Positions 50,146 through 63,059 of a stretch of 64,000 nt of DNA are shown here, piece by piece (the first letter of the stretch is position 1; each line of letters starts with the position of its first letter). The stretch is from Antedon mediterranea (taxonomy: Eukaryota; Animalia; Echinodermata): NCBI RefSeq assembly GCF_964355755.1, contig NC_092671.1, positions 2,108,001 to 2,172,000 of the forward strand, given 5' to 3'. The notes under the pieces were generated by a model, which was not told where the DNA came from, did not search any database, and was given only the letters and a program-made list of their open reading frames with translations. Both the position numbers and the translations under genes were made by a program.

Positions 50146-53100
50146 ATGGACGGTACGTCCATTATTACTCAAGTCAGTCGTGACGAGGAACCTTTAAATA
50201 CTCTTCCAACGTCAGAAAGGGGTAAGATATACTGTGTTTTCTGCAAAGGGATGATGAGATTGTTCCTTTTTTTTTGATCGCACCCCTTTTTCCAGGGAAG
50301 TTAGTTGACTGACCGACCGTATGTACATTATGTGCAGGGTTTGTAAACATCCGTTTGGCCACATTTTGTATATATAGGCCTAGGCCTACGTCATGTTAAT
50401 CGTATAGCTTTCTAGATTGTAATATAGGCTAGGCATAAATAAATGCTGGCTGGGCCTCATATTAGGACTGCCTAGATAGGCCTATCTAGGCCTTAGTTAG
50501 TGAGTAGGCTAAATATAGTGACGATTTTGAACAGAATATAATACTAATACTAGGCTAGGCCTAGGCCCTATATAATAATAACCACGGCGGCCTGCCCAGG
50601 CTATAGAATAGGCTTATATAGGTAGTATGCTAGCCTCTAGGCTTATATGGATGTAGCTAGCTAGGCGTATATGGGATAAGCACGTTGGAAATTGAGAACG
50701 TACTATTTTATAATCAGCTGTGCTTTTTTTCCTTTATTTTATTACCATTTAACACGTTCACTGCCACGGCGTATTTATACGTCAAAAATTGCGTGTCGCT
50801 ACTTGCCAAGACTTAATACTACGTCAAAATCGTAGCACTTTTGTATTGTATGTAGAATCGCTGGCAGTGGTGATTGGAACAGGAATTATCGCATGGCAGT
50901 TTATGAATGATGTACGTAAACGATAATCTAAAAATAAATGTCATATGTTTGTTTGTGTTTATTCCCTCATGCATTGAATATGGTTGATACGATGGCGCCC
51001 TCACACTCAATATAATCATCTCAAACATGTCATAAATTGCACTAATAGTAAATAAAAATAATAAAGGATGAAATGATTCAGTGTGGTTTACTGTTTTTAT
51101 CTCTCGATGATAGGTTTGACCGATTTTAGCGCGGAAAATCCCCGACGTATATTTACGTTCCTGGCAAAGTCAATAAAATTGTTGGACCATTGCCAGTGAC
51201 GTATTTATACGTCTCAACGGTTTTTCCCGCCATCGTATTTTGAATGACATCATGATAGTCTGTGACCAGATGTTACACTTTCAAACTGTAATTTAATATG
51301 TAAACGGGACTTGGCACTGGGACAGAAATTACGGAAAATGCCTTGGCAGTCAATGTGTTAATTGATTATAGAAACTAAAATACAAACAAATAATTCTTAA
51401 TTGTTTGACAACAATTTAAAATAAATGTAAATTTATAGTAATTTAAATCATTGATATTGGTTAAATTTTATTTACTTTGTAAGAAAGTTTTTGTCCAATA
51501 ATATAATAATAATAATTTATTAGGAAATGACACCTTTGCATCGGTGGCACACACAGAAGTGGTGCATCCAATTTAACATAATACATCAAAACAATACATT
51601 ATATGACGGATACAGGTTCTTAAACTATTTGCAAAAATATAAAAGAAAAATCATTACCAACATGGTAATACAGGTACTGTATTAAATTGTCCTACAGTAT
51701 CATAGGTTTGAGTTGATAAAGAGGTATATAAAAATAAACATAAAATATAGTAAAGAGTTTACATTACAAACCATTGTGTTTCAACATCAGGTACTGATGA
51801 CCTATAGTTGTTATCACACACAGGTGTATAATATTTACAAATCTAAATACAAATATATAAAAGTTTTACAATCTAAAGGTAGAGTGTTAGATCTTAATTT
51901 AAATTTCAGACTTGTCTCATAAAAATGTGTTTTATCAAGTAAATACTTTTCTAAATTAGGGAAAGGTTTCAATTTTGAGTATAAATTTAATGAGGTTTTT
52001 TGCATTATATTATTTGACCACTCTGATTTATATGATTCTGACAAACATCGCTCGACATTGCTGACTGAGAAAGGAACAAGAGTTAAACTGTCATTATCAA
52101 AAACATTGTTGTAAAAGCCTATATCTGTACATTTTTCAAATATGTCAACACAACCAATATATCACAATTTCTAACTTTATGTGAATTTGTTTGTTCAACT
52201 TATTTAGTAGTAGAACTGGATTTATAACAGATGCAGAATTTGTTGAAATATGATTGGACACTTTGTTTACGTACCCTTTTTATTGCTGCTATACATAACT
52301 GTTAGCTATTAGAGTTGACCTTTGCCTTTTGAGTATTTCTCATAATCTTATTCAATATATAATGTATAAGATGTCAACGTAGATAATCTTGTTGCTCTAT
52401 TTAGCAAGTGTTGCTGCTTAAAATACAATCTGGCTCACTGTGTCTACTTTGAACATACATTATATAATAAACTAAAATGGCATACACATTTCAACATGGC
52501 TACAACTGCTAAAAAAACATATTACAGAAATTTATTGTTGGAAAATGTCTTGTCTGAAGTAGGCACGTGTACTACTATACAGTACAGAGTTTGTACATTT
52601 TTCAAATCATCATATTTTTCTTTGGTCTTGTGACGGGTATCTTTACTATCTTGTTGCCTTCTTTAAAGATGATGACTAAAACAAGAATACATTTAGTAAA
52701 ACTGAAAAAAAAAATTATAATAAATTGATGATGATATTTGATTATTTGGATTGCAGCTGTACAGCCTGCCAAAAAACCAAGGAGTAGAGGTTTGATAAGT
52801 TCCTTCTTTTGTTGTTTTGGATCAAACAGTCGGACAACAAACACATCCCAAAATGCATTACCAAATCAAGGAGAGAACGGACAGAGGGTGAGTCAATTTA
52901 TTTTATTCAAAACCATCACATGTGCCAAATATTTTTACATTTTTCACACCTTTTCAACTTTGAAACTGTTGTATGCATACAGTAGACTAGACTAAGCATG
53001 CTGCCAATGAACTTGTTATAAAAAAGACATAAATTTATTAAAAAGCGCTGTTTGTTAGTGTTAGCAAGAAAAGACAGTACTGTATTAAGATACAGATTTT

Positions 53101-53428
53101 GGACAAGCAGTACTAGAGTAAAGCTCTGTCTGCACATCAAACTAGTTTGACAAAAAGTGTGGTGTGCCCAAATATGGTAGTGATATGATATCATTGTGTC
53201 CAAATATGGGCACATCATATTTAGTCGCATTTGGACGTTTTGAATGTTTATGTCAAATGTTTGTACTTTATTAGCACTTTAAAGCATTGTTTTTAAAGAT
53301 CATTATTTTATAAAAATGCATGTTGATATTCTGTCTCTTTTCACTGGTATTTGAAATGTTGTTTTTTGTTTTTATCCCAGCCGTCGGAGCACACTCCTCC
53401 TTATACGAGCACCACCTCTGCACTATTG
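50146..53428 (+). CDS. CTD small phosphatase (SCP/CTDSP1/2/L-like), 5' exons only; 3' partial
   Basis: Exon 50146-50221 MDGTSIITQVSRDEE; exon 52757-52887 KKPRSRGLISSFFCCFG...GENG (recalled CTDSPL MDGPAIITQV...RSRSILSSFFCCF...EENG); candidate 48-nt exon 53381-53428. The DLDET catalytic exon is not found in the window. Confidence 0.85.
50753..51357. mobile_element. piggyBac-like MITE
   Basis: TTAA-CACGTTCACTGCCACGGC ... GCCTTGGCAGTCAATGTG-TTAA; internal CGTATTTATACGTC repeats. Confidence 0.75.
51498..52140 (-). mobile_element. Degenerate LINE ORF2 3' fragment with (ATT)n tail
   Basis: Minus ORF 52044-51835 EWSNNIMQKTSLNLYSKLKPFPNLEKYL...KFKLRSNTLPL resembles the post-RT region of L2/CR1-group LINEs; AAT repeats at 51498-51517. 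Confidence 0.55.
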
Positions 53429-54570
53429 GTACGTGGCCATTTTGATACGACGTAGAATTCATTCTACTATTAACCATACTAATCCTTCATCTTCATTCTG
53501 CACGTCATATTGTGATTACATTTTAATCAATTTTAATATAATTGATAGTTCTAATAGAAAAAATTATTATTGATCAATTAACTGATTATTGATTGATTCA
53601 CTGATTATTTTTTATTAACTGATTATTAATATTGCTTAACTGTTTATTAAATAACTGATATCGATTGATTAACTGATGATTTATTGATTGATTGATAATC
53701 CTCTGTAGGTCAATTTATGTATTCATTTTCATAGTTTGTTAAAACTAACAACTACTAATAATATTGAATCTACAGTTACTAATATTTATTTTTAAAGATA
53801 TTTTTCTGATTTTTGGCCAAATTAACAAATATGAAGCTTTAACATCTCTCTCTCATTTAGAGCCGCATGACTTCTTCTACAGTATACTGTACAGTGTACA
53901 TATTGTTAAAAGTATAGTATTGAAATTGTTTTATTAAAATTACAAAATCACAGTTATCAAGCATTCTGTGATGTTTGTAAAGAGCTACCAGACTATCATT
54001 CTCATGTTGGTGTCACAATAGTAAAGTCACTCAAAAATTTCAAATCTTGGATGTAAAAGTACTGTTTTTTATTTGGCCTTATCAGTCGACATGCTTTTTT
54101 CTAAAGGAATCCATTTAGCTACAGTAATCCATCTTTCCAGCTTTTTAACATACAAATGCAATAGAATAAACTCATCCTTTAAAAAAAAAACAAGATTTAT
54201 GTTACTCTACAAACTCTTGAATAGTTAAATATAGCATTATTTAACAATATTCTTTTCAATATATTTATTCACATTTTTAACGTTCATATCTGTTACTACT
54301 TTGATGATAATCAGTATTTTTTTAACATGTAGTTCTGGTAATCAATAAGAAATAACAGGATTGAGGTCAAGTATCACAGTAACAGTATTCTCCCCATAGT
54401 AGAGGAACCACATCCTCATAATTATTCTTGCGGAGGCTACATGCATAGCTGCTCTTTATTTAACGCAGAGCATACACAAAGTGCCCTCATTGTGTTATAT
54501 GCAAAGCCGCTCTGTATGTAAAACCACCCTAATTTTTTTTATACATGGGCTTAAGATGAGCTTAGGCTAA

Positions 54571-55141
54571 GGGCGCGTTTATACAACACGCTATTACACG
54601 CATATTCAACACGCCTACAAAAAGTGTGTTGTATAACATCGAAGAGATTCCGGGTAATGAGATTTTAATTCCAAAAAAGGCTACTTGGCTGAATCCTAAA
54701 ATTTGGTGGATCCCCGGGTATTGTTTTGACCTCTCGTTAAATAAAAGTATGTGCTGTGAAAATGTTGACCAAATCTAGTAGATAATTGTGCTTTTTTGCA
54801 TATTTTAACCGATTTAGCACTTAACATTAACGCTAATCAAATGTTAGCATAATTTGGCAAAATGTAGCATAGTTTTATCCTATTTCTAAAACATTTTTTT
54901 TCTAATTTCCAAAGCAGATTTAAAAAATCAATAATTGAATAAACTAAATTTTAAACGAAATCATCCTTTATTAAAATCCTTAATATAAAGTCATATTAAT
55001 TCATAATGCATGCAAGTATATACAACTTAGGATTATGAACTACGGTATAAGACGGTATTACGATTTCATGTATAATTGCAAGGTTTTTGTGGGGTTGACC
55101 TCGGCCCGTGCAACACGGATTCAACTTGTATAAACACAGCC
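54571..55141. mobile_element. PIF/Harbinger-like MITE
   Basis: TAA-GGGCGCGTTTATACAA ... TTGTATAAACACAGCC-TAA. Confidence 0.65.
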
Positions 55142-55339
55142 TAAGCAGTGTTCTCCCCAGGATTCATATCAAGCGTCACGCTTCGGCCCCCCCCCCCCCG
55201 AGTGGGGGGGGGGGCATTCCGACACTAAGTACTTGAGTCACAGCCCCACCATGGTTGGGGCTGTGGCGAAGCGATTTTTGGTAATTTACACCCTAGATGG
55301 CCGGAAATGGTACTCTCGCACATAACATTTATGTTCAAT

Positions 55340-56070
55340 GACACCTCTGGTTTGGCCGGAAATAACACTTATAGCGCGCTAGCAAACAACAAAACGATCG
55401 TAGCCAACTTTTTCCGCCGGTAAACATACGCGAAGAAACATTTTTTGCGTTCATTACGAACGTCAGGGGGAAGCCCCAATTAAAAAAATAGGCCTAATCT
55501 ATTAGCCTACTCATCAGTAGGACAACTCTAGTTGGCCGGAAACGAAACTTTATAGCGCACTACCAAACAGTAAAACCATCGTAGCATACTTTTTCCGCCA
55601 GTAAACATACGCGATAAAAAAATGTTTTTGTGTTCAATACGAACGTCAAGGGGAATTCCCCGATGAAATAAACCTAGGCCTACTCATGAGTAGGACAACT
55701 CTGTAGTTGGCCGGAAAAACACTTCATAGCGCGCTAGCAAACCGCACGATCGTAGCCTGCTTTTTCCGCCGGTAAACATACGCGATAAGAAACATTTTTT
55801 GCGTTCATTTCGAACGTCAAGGGGAATTCCCCGATGAAATAAAAAATGCCTACTCATCAGTAGGACAACTCTGTAGTTGGCCGGAAAGGACACTTCATAG
55901 CGCGCTAGCAAACAGCCCGATTGAGCCTACTTTTCCGCAGGTAAACACTGTACGCGATAACGGCGGGTAAACATATGCGATAAAAAAACATTTTTTGCGT
56001 TCAAATACAAACATCGGGGGCAAGTCCCGATGAAATAAAACTAGGCCTACTCATTAGTAAGACACCTCTA
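55340..56070. repeat. ~170-200-bp tandem repeat, 4 copies plus the start of a fifth, probably inside a CAGTG-starting element beginning at 55146
   Basis: Units start GACA(C/A)CTCT..TTGGCCGGAAA at ~55340, 55521, 55694, 55864; the fifth start at 56061 is cut by the LINE. Confidence 0.85.
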
Positions 56071-56071
56071 C

Positions 56072-58936
56072 TTTTCTATATTTGGACTAAACTGTCGTAG
56101 TGTTGTTAATAAGTTTGACTTAATCTCAAACTATTTAGACTCACTCGTACATGCCTTCTCCCTCATTGCCTTCAGTGAAACCTGGTTAACCGAAAAAGAT
56201 AATATTAATCTATACCAGTTACCAGGCTACAGTTTGATTCACAATGATAGGAAAGATAAGAGAGGTGGTGGGGTAGCGTTCTATGTTACCAACAAACTAA
56301 CATATATTATTAGAAATGATCTGTCATCCTGTATGACTGAAGCAGAGACTATTTTTATTGAGATTGAGTTAGAATCAGGAAATAATGTTATTTGTGGTAT
56401 AGTTTATAGACCACCCTCACGTTCCTTGCAAAAGTTTGATGATGAATTAACATGTGTAATGCAAATGATTAATCTAGAAAAAAAGAAAGCTTACCTTGTG
56501 GGAGACTATAACATAAACTTACTCCAACAATCTACCGACAACACTATCCAATCACACTTAGACACAATATTTTCTCAGTCATTTCAGCCAATCATAAAAA
56601 GTCCTACTAGAATATCCGATAATTGTGCTTCAATAATTGATAACATTTATTGCAACATCGATTCTTTTACTACGTCCCTTAAAAGTGGAATACTTATTAC
56701 TGATATTTCTGATCACTTCCCAATATTCTGTGTAGATACTTTGGAAAAACATAATAAGCAATATCCTCGATTTGTATACAAACGACAATACTCTCCTCAA
56801 CAAACGGAGTATTTTTTGCAAGAATTACAAAGTAATCAGTGGAATGATGTGCTATTCTCAAATAATGCGAATGTTGCTTATCAAAATTTTACAAACACTT
56901 TAAATAAAACAATTGATAATTGTTTCCCTTTAAAACGAATTAGAAATAAGGCGAACAAGTTAAAATCTCCTTGGATCACAGCTGAAATTGCCAGAGCTAT
57001 CTCTCAAAAACATAAATTATATAAAAAGTACAAACAAAATAACACCACTACTAATAAAAGTACGTACATAAATTTTAGAAACAAGTTAACCACTACTATT
57101 AGAAATCGGAAAAAAGAATATTATATGGTCCAGTTTGAACGAAATAAACAAGATATTAAAAAAACGTGGACAATCCTAAATGATATAATGGGTAGGAAAA
57201 AGACTACCAATTTGCCTACAAAAATAAAATTGGGTACTGAGACTTTCTCTGATAATGATGAGAAAGCTGATGCATTCAACTCTTTTTTTATTAATATTGG
57301 AGAAAAACTAAATAATAAATTTAGGCATGAACCTCAAAATGAAGAAATCACCCACAGAACTTTCTTAAAGGGAAATTTTACCTCTTCAATGTTTTTTAAG
57401 CCTGTTACTGAACATGAACTTAACCACTATATTAAAAACACAAAGAATACTTCTCCTGGCCATGATGGTATAAGTGCCCAACTCATAAAATCTGCTTCCC
57501 CGTTTATTTTAAAACCTTTATTGCATATTATTAATACGTCATTATCATCGGGCTGTGTCCCGGCTGATATAAAAATTGCTAAAGTTATCCCGGTATTTAA
57601 GAATGGTGACATCTCCGATATAAATAATTATCGGCCTATTTCCATTTTACCCTTTTTTTCCAAAATATTTGAGAGGATTGTGTATGATCAAACGATTTGT
57701 TACCTCTCAAAATATAACGTACTGAGTAAAACACAGTATGGATTTAGACAACACCATTCAACTAGTCATGCTTTAATACAATCGATTGAAAAAATCACAA
57801 ACGCTATTGAGAATAAAGAGTTCACACTAGGAGTTTTCCTTGATTTATCAAAAGCGTTTGATACAATCGATCATGATATATTATTAGATAAGTTAAGATT
57901 TTATGGTATAAGAGGAGTTCCGCTAAACTGGTTCTCAAACTATCTTAAAAAAAGACTACAATACACATTTATTGTTAATACTGCATCTAGTAAAATGACA
58001 GTAAACACTGGAGTTCCTCAGGGATCCATATTGGGTCCATTATTATTTCTTATATTCATTAATGATATTAGTCTAGCATGTAACCATGTAGACATGATTA
58101 TGTATGCAGATGACACAAATGTGTTTTATAGTCACAATGATGTTACTCAAGCTTTTGATACAATGAACCAGGAGTTATCTATACTTTCGGACTGGTTTAT
58201 TGCTAACAAATTAACGCTAAATGTAAACAAATCAAAATATGTTATATTTAAGGCTAGAAATAAGTCAGCTGACACTACCTCACTAGAATTGAGGATGGGA
58301 AATGAATGTATAGTAAAAGCTACTGAAGTTAAATTTCTAGGCTTATTTCTGGATGAAACTTTATCGTTTAATTTTCATGTAAATGAGGTAGCAAACAGTA
58401 TTTCTAGAATAATTGGTGTCTTAAACAAAGTGAAGTCTATGTTATCAAGTAAAATCTTGTTAACGGTATACAATGCACTTATATTACCTAGAATAACGTA
58501 TGCTATCACAGTATGGGGTGCTACTTCTGCTACAAACTTAAACCGTATACATATTCTCCAGAAAAAAGCACTTAGAAATATTTGTCATGTTCATTTTATG
58601 CATCCTTCTCATCCACTTTTTATTTCAACCCAAACATTAAATATTTTTGACCTTTATACGAAACACACTGCTATATTTATGTATCAATATAAACATAATC
58701 TATTACCTGAATCATTTAATAACTTATTTAGTACATCTGCCTCATTCCATAATTACTCAACTAGAAACAGGTTAAACTACTGTCCACAACTAAAACGCAC
58801 CAAAGTCGGACAGCAATGTATTTCCTACCAAGGAACACATATTTGGAACAATTTAACAGACTATATAAAACAATCCCCCACTTTAAGTTTGTTTAAACAG
58901 AGATTAAAGCAATATTATAACAATAGAAATATTTAA
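56072..58936 (+). CDS. LINE ORF2: AP endonuclease + reverse transcriptase
   Basis: Track ORF 56234-58936 extends in frame upstream to FSIFGLNCRS at 56072; no stops or frameshifts. Confidence 0.93.
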   Translation, partial: FSIFGLNCRSVVNKFDLISNYLDSLVHAFSLIAFSETWLTEKDNINLYQLPGYSLIHNDRKDKRGGGVAFYVTNKLTYIIRNDLSSCMTEAETIFIEIELESGNNVICGIVYRPPSRSLQKFDDELTCVMQMINLEKKKAYLVGDYNINLLQQSTDNTIQSHLDTIFSQSFQPIIKSPTRISDNCASIIDNIYCNIDSFTTSLKSGILITDISDHFPIFCVDTLEKHNKQYPRFVYKRQYSPQQTEYFLQELQSNQWNDVLFSNNANVAYQNFTNTLNKTIDNCFPLKRIRNKANKLKSPWITAEIARAISQKHKLYKKYKQNNTTTNKSTYINFRNKLTTTIRNRKKEYYMVQFERNKQDIKKTWTILNDIMGRKKTTNLPTKIKLGTETFSDNDEKADAFNSFFINIGEKLNNKFRHEPQNEEITHRTFLKGNFTSSMFFKPVTEHELNHYIKNTKNTSPGHDGISAQLIKSASPFILKPLLHIINTSLSSGCVPADIKIAKVIPVFKNGDISDINNYRPISILPFFSKIFERIVYDQTICYLSKYNVLSKTQYGFRQHHSTSHALIQSIEKITNAIENKEFTLGVFLDLSKAFDTIDHDILLDKLRFYGIRGVPLNWFSNYLKKRLQYTFIVNTASSKMTVNTGVPQGSILGPLLFLIFINDISLACNHVDMIMYADDTNVFYSHNDVTQAFDTMNQELSILSDWFIANKLTLNVNKSKYVIFKARNKSADTTSLELRMGNECIVKATEVKFLGLFLDETLSFNFHVNEVANSISRIIGVLNKVKSMLSSKILLTVYNALILPRITYAITVWGATSATNLNRIHILQKKALRNICHVHFMHPSHPLFISTQTLNIFDLYTKHTAIFMYQYKHNLLPESFNNLFSTSASFHNYSTRNRLNYCPQLKRTKVGQQCISYQGTHIWNNLTDYIKQSPTLSLFKQRLKQYYNNRNI

Positions 58937-59135
58937 GTTAAGTAAATCACATTATGTTATTTTGGTTTGTTCTTTTTGTTTGTACTAATTGTTTGATCTT
59001 TTTGTTAGGGTTACATGCTTAAAGCACTTGTGCTTATTTTGTATCCCATTCCATTATCTTATTATTTGTATTGTATTTGTATATGTTTTTATTTTGATTA
59101 TGGAATAAAAATGTCGATGAATTGAAATAAAAAAA
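56072..59135 (+). mobile_element. CR1-group (CR1/L2/Crack-like) non-LTR retrotransposon, 5'-truncated, ORF2 uninterrupted
   Basis: The frame is open from 56045 to TAA at 58936. APE motifs LNCRS, SETWL, GGGVA, VYRPP, GDYN, IDNI, SDH; RT motifs NYRPIS, QYGFR, FLDLSKAFD, GVPQGSILGPLLF, YADD, FLG. 3' UTR with AATAAA and an A-rich tail. Confidence 0.95.
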
Positions 59136-59893
59136 CTAAAATATTTTATAGTTATAGTATATACCTAATAATAATATACTAATACTTTTTCTAATTTTTA
59201 TTTGATCAGGTGGGTGGAAATATTGTTTGTGGGAGCTTTGTTTTTATAGAGATTATTTAGGTGGGTGTTTTTCTTGGTAGGACGTCCTTGTTTTGAGCTA
59301 CCTGTAACCATAATTTAACCATGGTCCAGATTATAATACAATCTGTATATCTTCTTGGAACAAACAATATACTTGCTGTAAATTACTGTACTACTGTACT
59401 GTATGTCAGTGTGTACCCACTATTGTACCCAGCTGAATTTTGTTTATATGAAAGAAAACAAATAAATTACTGTATATACGCACAAATTTGGGCCTCCATA
59501 TTACTGTACATGGATGGGGTTAATGTTTAAATGGTGAAATTAGGTGCTGGACTTAGACCTGCTGGGCTTCCCCTTGAATCCGCCTATGCTAATGTACTAC
59601 ACCACATTATGATGTACATTAACAACATCAAATGAATGCTATATTAATTTATAAAGTTATGAAGATATAATTTATATAGAATGCGTTCATGCGTAGACAA
59701 AATCAATATCAATTATGGCACGTTATCTACAAAGGTGTTGATTGGAGTTCTGTTCGTTCAATGTCTTTTACAAGATTTGAATGAAAATACACTGTTTGAA
59801 AGAACGCTTAAATAAATATGAATGTCATTGGTAAATTTAAAAAGGGAAATGGAGTTGCAAAAATGTTAAATACTGTATATTATACTGTATTGT

Positions 59894-61007
59894 CAGTGGC
59901 GGATCTAGCGGGGGTGAATAGGGTGGCTAGCCACCCCCCTTAATTCTCAAAAAAAAAAAAAAGATGCAACCTACCCGCGATTGACGGTCGCTAGACGTGG
60001 ATTAATCTTTTAATTAAGAAGAGTTAGCCTAGGCCTAGCTAGGCCCTACTAGAGCTAGGGTTAGCATTAATAGTTGTGTAAATAGGCCTACACAGTGAAA
60101 TAGTTCAATTACTATTATGAATTCAAGAGTTTAAAAAGAAAACGCGATTTAAAATCTTCGGAAAATACCCACAACTGAGTTATTTTCACAACACACGCAC
60201 TCCTAAAACTACCAGCGTCACGTTGTCTAGCTCGCTCACACATCGTGTGAATACTGACGTCATCACTCTCCAAAAATACACCATTTTCCATTGGCATTGC
60301 AGTTAATTTCCGCCGCCCTCTGGTCCGCGTGTGCAAGCGTTAGCGTGGTATATTTACACCCCTGAGAGTGTAATATCAGGAACTTTTTTCTTGCGCAAGA
60401 AGGTTTTTTGTATAATATTATAGTATAGTATGCAGTATAAACGATAAAAATAAACGAGAAACATGGTTTTCTTTTATTATTTTATAGGCATAAAATAAAC
60501 ATAAAATGTCTTGTACGTACACAGGACGGCCGAAAAAAAAGTATGTGGCGTATTTGTTGTTTTTTGATTTGTGTTATAGACATGGCGATTACTGCAATCA
60601 TTGTATACCAAATTACATTGAGTTATTCACCCGGCTGAGGTTAACAGATCACCAAAACACGGTACACAACACATGCACTATCGAGGCATTTTCGGAGTAC
60701 CGCATTACCAAATGTTCATTTTGTTTGAAAGTTTTTCGATCAAAGTTTATTATTAGTTCGTCGAAAAAGATCCGTACAGTATTTAGGAAGGATTTATTTA
60801 AATTTACATTATGTAATATTTGTTATTAAGTGTGATGGAAACAGTTTCTCTAGCCTATTAAACAGTGTGTAAGCTTCTATTTTTTCAAAAATTTTCGGAG
60901 CCTCGGGAGGGGGACTCCCCCTCCCAAACCCTCCCCCACTCGGTGCTACGCACCTCGTTTGCCACTTTCGTGGCCGTCCCCCTCGTTAGATCCTAGATCC
61001 GCCACTG
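59894..61007. mobile_element. Non-autonomous DNA transposon with CAGTGGCGGATCTAG TIRs and 5-bp TSD
   Basis: Perfect 15-bp TIR, with ATTGT immediately on both sides. Confidence 0.8.
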
Positions 61008-61964
61008 ATTGTGTATTTTAGCTTTGAATGAATGATTGTCTGTATATTTCATTTTCAAGGTAATTTCTAACCTTTCCATTGAATATTGATAGTATTTGAT
61101 TACTTGGTTTTCAATTCTTTTTCCTTTGTTCACTGAGCCGTAACCACAACAAAGGTGCTCTAACCTTAAAGGATGTTTCCTCATATTTTCAGGATAACAA
61201 TTAAAGCATTTTTATATTTAAAACTTCTAAAGCATCTAAAATGTTATTACTTTTTTTATTGTAATTAATCCGTCTCCTTTCTGCTTTATCTGAATAAACT
61301 GCGAATAGATTGACTGTTTTAGACTATTTATGAGGTGGAGCCAAGGTAAATAGTAGTCAGGCTTTACGAAATGAAATATTCACGAATTAAAGACATTTAC
61401 TACTGTATATTAACTTTAAAATAAAAGTTAATGACAAAAAAAGTTGACGTTTCAACAAAGACTGAAAATATTAAAAAGATAGGCTTCTCCTCTCGTTAAT
61501 TTAAAAATATTCACCCCATTCATACAAACAATGTGCATTTACAATAACAAATATAAAATGTGTAAAATATTAAATAGCAAGATGATGTATGGTGGTATGC
61601 TATTTGTCCATTTGTAATGTTAGTTTATAATTGCTAGTTTGTCATGAATATTTCTTTTTGTGTACAAACAATTAAACAGAGGTGCTGTACTGTATTTCAA
61701 GTTCATTTAATTGTCTGATATTGTTTTATGAAGCAATCATGTGGAACACTACAGTACAGTATGGCATTTGACTTTATTTTTTATTTAAAAAAAAATGTTA
61801 AAAATATTACATTACAATAGATTTAAAGACAACTTAGTAAGTGATTATTGTTATTGAAACATGCTTGCAAACCAATTAACAACCAAAAATTGGTTCAAAA
61901 CCATCACAGTTAAACATTTGTATGTTATTGTCAGCCAATACAGCACGAATATATATGTCTACAA

Positions 61965-62114
61965 TATAACATCAAACTAGTTTGACAAAAAAAGTGTGAT
62001 GTGCTCAAACATGATAGTGATATGCCCAAATAGGATACTGATCATGACATCATCATGTCCATATATGGGCATATCATTTTTTTTCACATAAAGTTTGATA
62101 GTGTGGACAGAGCT
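61965..62114. mobile_element. Harbinger-like MITE family A copy; further copies or fragments at ~30369, 42863, 43290, 43395, 46243, 53122, 62737
   Basis: ATCAAACTAGTTTGACAAAAAAAGTGTGATGTGC...AAGTTTGATAGTGTGGACAGAGCT. Confidence 0.75.
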
Positions 62115-63059
62115 TTAGTCTAGTGTAGATTTGCCACCCTGTATTGGACAGTTCACATGTATACTATTGGATGGTGTGAAAATGATTTTAAAAATTGATC
62201 GTGATGACCAAATAGGTTAATAACAATAGCTCATTGTTTTCTGAATACATTAATGTTATTTTAATGTAATTAGTTTGCTTAAATATTCATAATTATATAA
62301 TGTAAAGTTTTCATGAATACATGAATACTTCTAACATATGATGATGTAAACTATATCAAGAATTTAAAGCCACAGAATTATGATCGTTTTGTTTACGGTA
62401 TCTTTTATTTCATAGAAATGGAAACATAATTATACTACAGTAGGAAAACAAAATTACTTAGCAGCCATAGCTATTCACTGGTTTTGTAAAGTCTCCATGT
62501 AATTACATGAAATGAAATTTGAGTGGGTGATAAAATATCAAGCTCAAAAATGCAATGATTTTAATTCCAAAGAATACAGTACATCAATATAATTTCACAC
62601 TGTGAATTAACCAAAATTCAGGGAACACTTTTATTTATAAATGTTGATTAGCCTATACTGTACTGATCACTCTGAATTTTGATAGGAAACATATTCTTAT
62701 ATGTGCATTTTTTGTGGTAAAAATTTGAGTTGTAATGCTCTGTCTACAATGTTAAACTTTATGTGATGTGTCTATTTGTGGGCATATCACTACCATATTT
62801 GGGCACATCACACAAACTAGTTTGATAGTGTAGACAGAGCTTCAGTTACAGTAAAGTAGTTGCTGAGATTGAAATCTGTATGTCAAAAGATTTGAAATAA
62901 TATTAAAGCAGGAGTTTGAATGACTTTTGAACCACCCACTTTACAGTACTGTAAACATCTCAACATAATGTTATTAATTATGTTCCAATTTTATACATTG
63001 ATCCAAAACTAGGTGATAATGTAGGCTGTAGAAATTCAAATCCCACGCGTTTTTGCATG

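Noticed and set aside
733-53428. U12-type or non-canonical introns
   Set aside because: All reconstructed junctions are GT-AG without the RTATCCTT donor signature.
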